The translations under genes were made by a program, and so were the position numbers. Below are positions 60,507 to 64,000 of a DNA stretch of 64,000 bases, one piece after another (within the stretch, counting starts at the first letter, position 1; each line of letters begins with the position of its first letter). The notes below the pieces were generated by a model. That model saw only the letters and a list, made by a program, of their open reading frames with translations, was not told the origin of the DNA and did not search any database. Source of the stretch: Dicyema japonicum (taxonomy: Eukaryota; Animalia; Dicyemida); assembly GCA_011109175.1 (NCBI GenBank), contig RDEW01000006.1:905232-969231 (forward strand), given 5' to 3'.

Positions 60507-60745
60507 TAAAATCAATTTTTATAAGATTTAAAAAAGATGACTTTTTTATTTAAGGATGTCGAGGACCTTGGTAAAATGTTCCACTTACGCATAAAACCTC
60601 TAAAATCAATTTTTATAAGATTTAAAAAAGATGACTTTTTTACCTAAGATGTCGAGGACCTTGGTAAAATGTTCTACTTACCCATAAAACCTCTTAAAAT
60701 CAATTTTTATAAGATTTAAAAAAGATGACTTTTTTACCTAAAAAT
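60507..60745. repeat. Tandem repeat, 94-bp unit, about 2.5 copies
   Basis: atcaatttttataagatttaaaaaagatgac starts at 60511, 60605 and 60699. Confidence 0.9.
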
Positions 60746-61779
60746 GTCGTTTCGCTAAAATCTCGTGATGTTTATTGATGAACTTATCCAAAACCTGAAA
60801 AAATTAATTGGAGGCCATTTTGAATGGACACGGTATCTCCAGATTTGACTTTATGTTCTGGTTGAATGTTTCGTGGCAAAGAGACATTTCGGAAAGTGAT
60901 CTGAGCTTAATATATCTTAGTCTCATTCATTGAGGTTGTAAAAGATGTTTTCTATCCGTTTTTATGTATTTCTTATTTATCGACATAATTAAAAAGCACA
61001 ACAGAATTTATGTCTAAGCGAGTAAGATTATTAGATTTATGTTATGTTATCCAAATTAAGTTGTGGCCGACCCTTGGAGATCTCATGAGCCAATTTTCTA
61101 AAAAACATTTAGCTATTTGATTTAGCCTACATCTTTTTTAATAAAAAAATCACCACCAAACACTAATTAATAGAAAAAGGCTTCTCTCACGTGATCCCGG
61201 CTTCTCTCAGTAACATTCTCATCTTTCACTGGTAATGCTCTTTGGAATCGACTCATTTTCGATAACATCATTTTCCATTTTGGGTGAATATGCCGCCCGA
61301 TTTTCTCACAAGGGGGTTGCCCGTATTGGTAGTACTGTTATTCGAGAGATTATTTGGTCATATAGGATTGAGCTGAGTTGATCTCATTCATGTTTGTTCT
61401 GGCAGGTTTTATTCCCCAAACTGCACATCTAAAACTTATAGTTGGCTTGATGAATTGAATGTAGGACGTTTGAGACGAACGCCTTCAAAAAATTAAGCTT
61501 TCGAGCCGAAGCAATGATTACGTTTGACACATGTGTGTTAAAGGTCATGAGGATGCCGAATGTTACACCCAGAATGTAGTTCACTATTCAAAAATATTTT
61601 GGTGGAATAACTTGATGCTCTTATATTCGACGAAAAAAGAAAAGTAGATAACTTTTCCGTAGAATTTGTGTTCAACCATTCATGTAGTCTGTTCAGAGTA
61701 GTTTGCACACATAAATCCATGCAAACATAAATTATGTCATCGAAAAACCAAGGGTATTCAAATCTTCGTCCGAACGAAT

Positions 61780-62010
61780 GGATTTAGTGCTAGAATAGGT
61801 TAAAAAGCTACGGTGACAAGGAAACCTTGTGGCATGTCATTTAGAAGAAATATCTAGACCGATTGGAACGATTTTGTTACTTTCCTCCTTTTCTTAGAGA
61901 ACGATTAATCCATACTTGTCGTATCATTGCCCAGACTATGTTTGGTCATAAACATGAACAAAAAATAATGAATATACCTTTGTCAGATGACACTGTTTCT
62001 CGTCGACGTT
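61780..62010 (+). mobile_element. hAT (Buster/Charlie-like) transposase fragment
   Basis: IIAQTMFGHKHEQKIMNIPLSDDTVSRR. Confidence 0.6.
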
Positions 62011-62029
62011 TGTTCACGAGCTTTAAATC

Positions 62030-63990
62030 TCCGACGAGTGTTTCAGGTAGTGTAATACGCCGGCGTCAACGAAAGCACGGTCCCTATCTCATGAAGTAGT
62101 CCTCCGTTGCTATATTTGCTTGAGCGCCCAAGTCCATATGCAAGATATGTCCAAATAGCCTCCAGCGCACATCAGCAAGTTCGAGACTCAGTGGACCCGT
62201 GCAACATCTCTTGTACAGCGATTCCTTTTTATTCTTGCTGGCCAGTTCAGTCCTAGTATGGATCTAAGTTGTCTTTGATGGAAAGAGTCTAGTCCTAGTT
62301 GTTCGGTTTAGGACGTTCCCCAGGTCTATGAATTGTACATTAGGATCGGCTTGACAAAGGTTTCATACAGTCTTAATCGAAGTGATGTGCAGGATCGTCG
62401 TTTACCAATCCATTCTATCTTTAACTTGTTAATCGTTACCAAAGCGAGGGCCTTCCTTCTGGCAATATCTTGACTGTCTCCAAGTAAAGAGCCAAGTCTG
62501 TTTGTTTTTCGTCATGTTTCACTTGATCTGCTTTCCATTCTCCTGATTTCCACAATGTCAGTTTTTGCGATTTGTTATCTGACACAAAGTCGACGTCGTC
62601 CGCATAGGCAATTTCGACGATGTTGCCATCATAGAATTTCCGAAGATCTCGTTATGACGCCTCCAGATATGTGACAAATAGCAGGGGCGAGAGGGAATCT
62701 CCCTGGGGAGTACAAACATTGGACGTAAATTCACGGGAATATGTCTTTCCGACCCGCACTCTGAGATTCGTGTTAGAGAGCAACACTCTGATCGTGCTGA
62801 CAGAATTAGGGTCCACGAAGGACCGTGTCAAAGGCCCAAGAGAAATGCACTTTCTAATCTCTGGTTGATAGCGCAGCGCCACTTGTGGCTCCACACTACA
62901 TTCGCAGAGGATCTTCCTGTCCTGAATCCACTGTGAATAAGGGATAGATAGTTGTCCACTTGTTCTCTGATTCGGTTCAGCGTAACTTATGCCAGATGTA
63001 TCAGTAAGGTGTTTTGCAGGATTATTGGACGTAGGTTCTCAACAGGGCCAGCATGCTTGCTATATTTTTGTATTGATATTAATAGTCCGGATCCAAGAGC
63101 GGGGTATTCTTTTTTTATAAACATGGAGCCAACTTGTCTGTTAGTGCAACTGGCCCGTATTTGTTTCCTGTCCGGATTAGACGTATTTTCCAGTTGTAAT
63201 CTTAGTTCCCTTTGTTCTTTAATAAGGGGGGAGATCTGGATGTATACATTTTTAAACAGTGCTAAGGACCAGGTTCCGATACTCCCATTTGCTGCCGAAA
63301 CGATCGTTTTCAGTCAAAGTTATCGTTGTGAACTTGGATGAGACTATCTTGTGATCACTGTCGATATTGCACCTCCGTAAGATCTCGAGTCACGTAGGAG
63401 TGATTTTTCTTTGACTTGGCAGATTATGTAGAAATTTGGTTGGAAATGTTGATAGAGCCTTTGGGGGGTAAGAATCGTTGCCCATTCCATGTCGTTTTAT
63501 GTCGTGCGGAATGTTGGAAACCAGTATTTCATAGGAACAGATCAAATGCTTGGCAAAACTCTGCCAAAATGGTTCCGGGGAAGTTTCTGATTCTTCTTCC
63601 GTGCTGGCCAATGAAGCATTCATTTCCTCAACGGGTTCCCACTTTCGCATTTCAGTCCCCTGCAATAATTATAAGTATGATGAACAGAGGTTTGTAAAAT
63701 GCCCTTCCCAATTTCTCGTAAAACAGGTCAAGTTCTTCTGGATTTTTTAGGATACATCCACTGTGTGGTGCGTAGACGTTGATAATTAATCTTAGTCTCA
63801 TCGAATTTCTACTTGATGACTTCTCTCATTCAGGATTAACCTGTTTTCATTATCCAAGCATTGACCCAGTCCAAATTAATTTATAGATTAGGTCGTCAAT
63901 ATTTTTATTGATTGTTCTTACAAGAGTTGATCGATTTGATACTCCATATTTTTTGAAAGATAGATTATTTCTGGAGGGAAGTACAGGCCA
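62030..63990 (-). mobile_element. RTE-like LINE (APE, RT, C-terminus), degenerate
   Basis: DSDHKIV, TPQGDSLSPLLFVTYLE, YADDVDFVS, RWRLFGHIL. Confidence 0.75.
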
Positions 63991-64000
63991 CAACAAAGAT

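Noticed and set aside
60507-60745. CRISPR-like array
   Set aside because: Whole units repeat with no unique spacers; eukaryotic context; no cas genes

Overview
AT-rich eukaryotic (animal) DNA read with the standard genetic code. The window is mostly decayed mobile elements: CRE-like, R4/NeSL-like, RTE and Jockey/I-like non-LTR retrotransposons, two SINE-like families, and pogo/Tigger, IS630-like and hAT remnants. A tandem segmental duplication occupies about 1.1-14.7 kb. Host genes lie mainly between 15.8 and 37.6 kb, plus 47.6 and 54.0 kb, and are split by ultra-short GT-AG introns, mostly 20-29 nt. By manual splicing I recover an NPF/NPY-type neuropeptide precursor, a protein with two TET/IDAX-type CXXC fingers, MPST sulfurtransferase, CAMSAP/Patronin, an SRF-type MADS-box gene, a cathepsin L-like gene with an inverted partial duplicate, and a J-domain protein. 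Bilaterian genes combined with ~23-nt introns point, by inference only, to a dicyemid mesozoan or a similarly reduced spiralian. The top observation is the NPF gene at 15796-15984 (-): signal peptide plus a 36-aa mature peptide, with the family-diagnostic phase-2 intron in the penultimate Arg codon, but with a stop directly after Phe and so no Gly-Lys-Arg amidation signal. Several genes show single-base frameshifts at homopolymers, probably assembly errors. All calls were made by eye with no database searches; transposon remnant boundaries are approximate.
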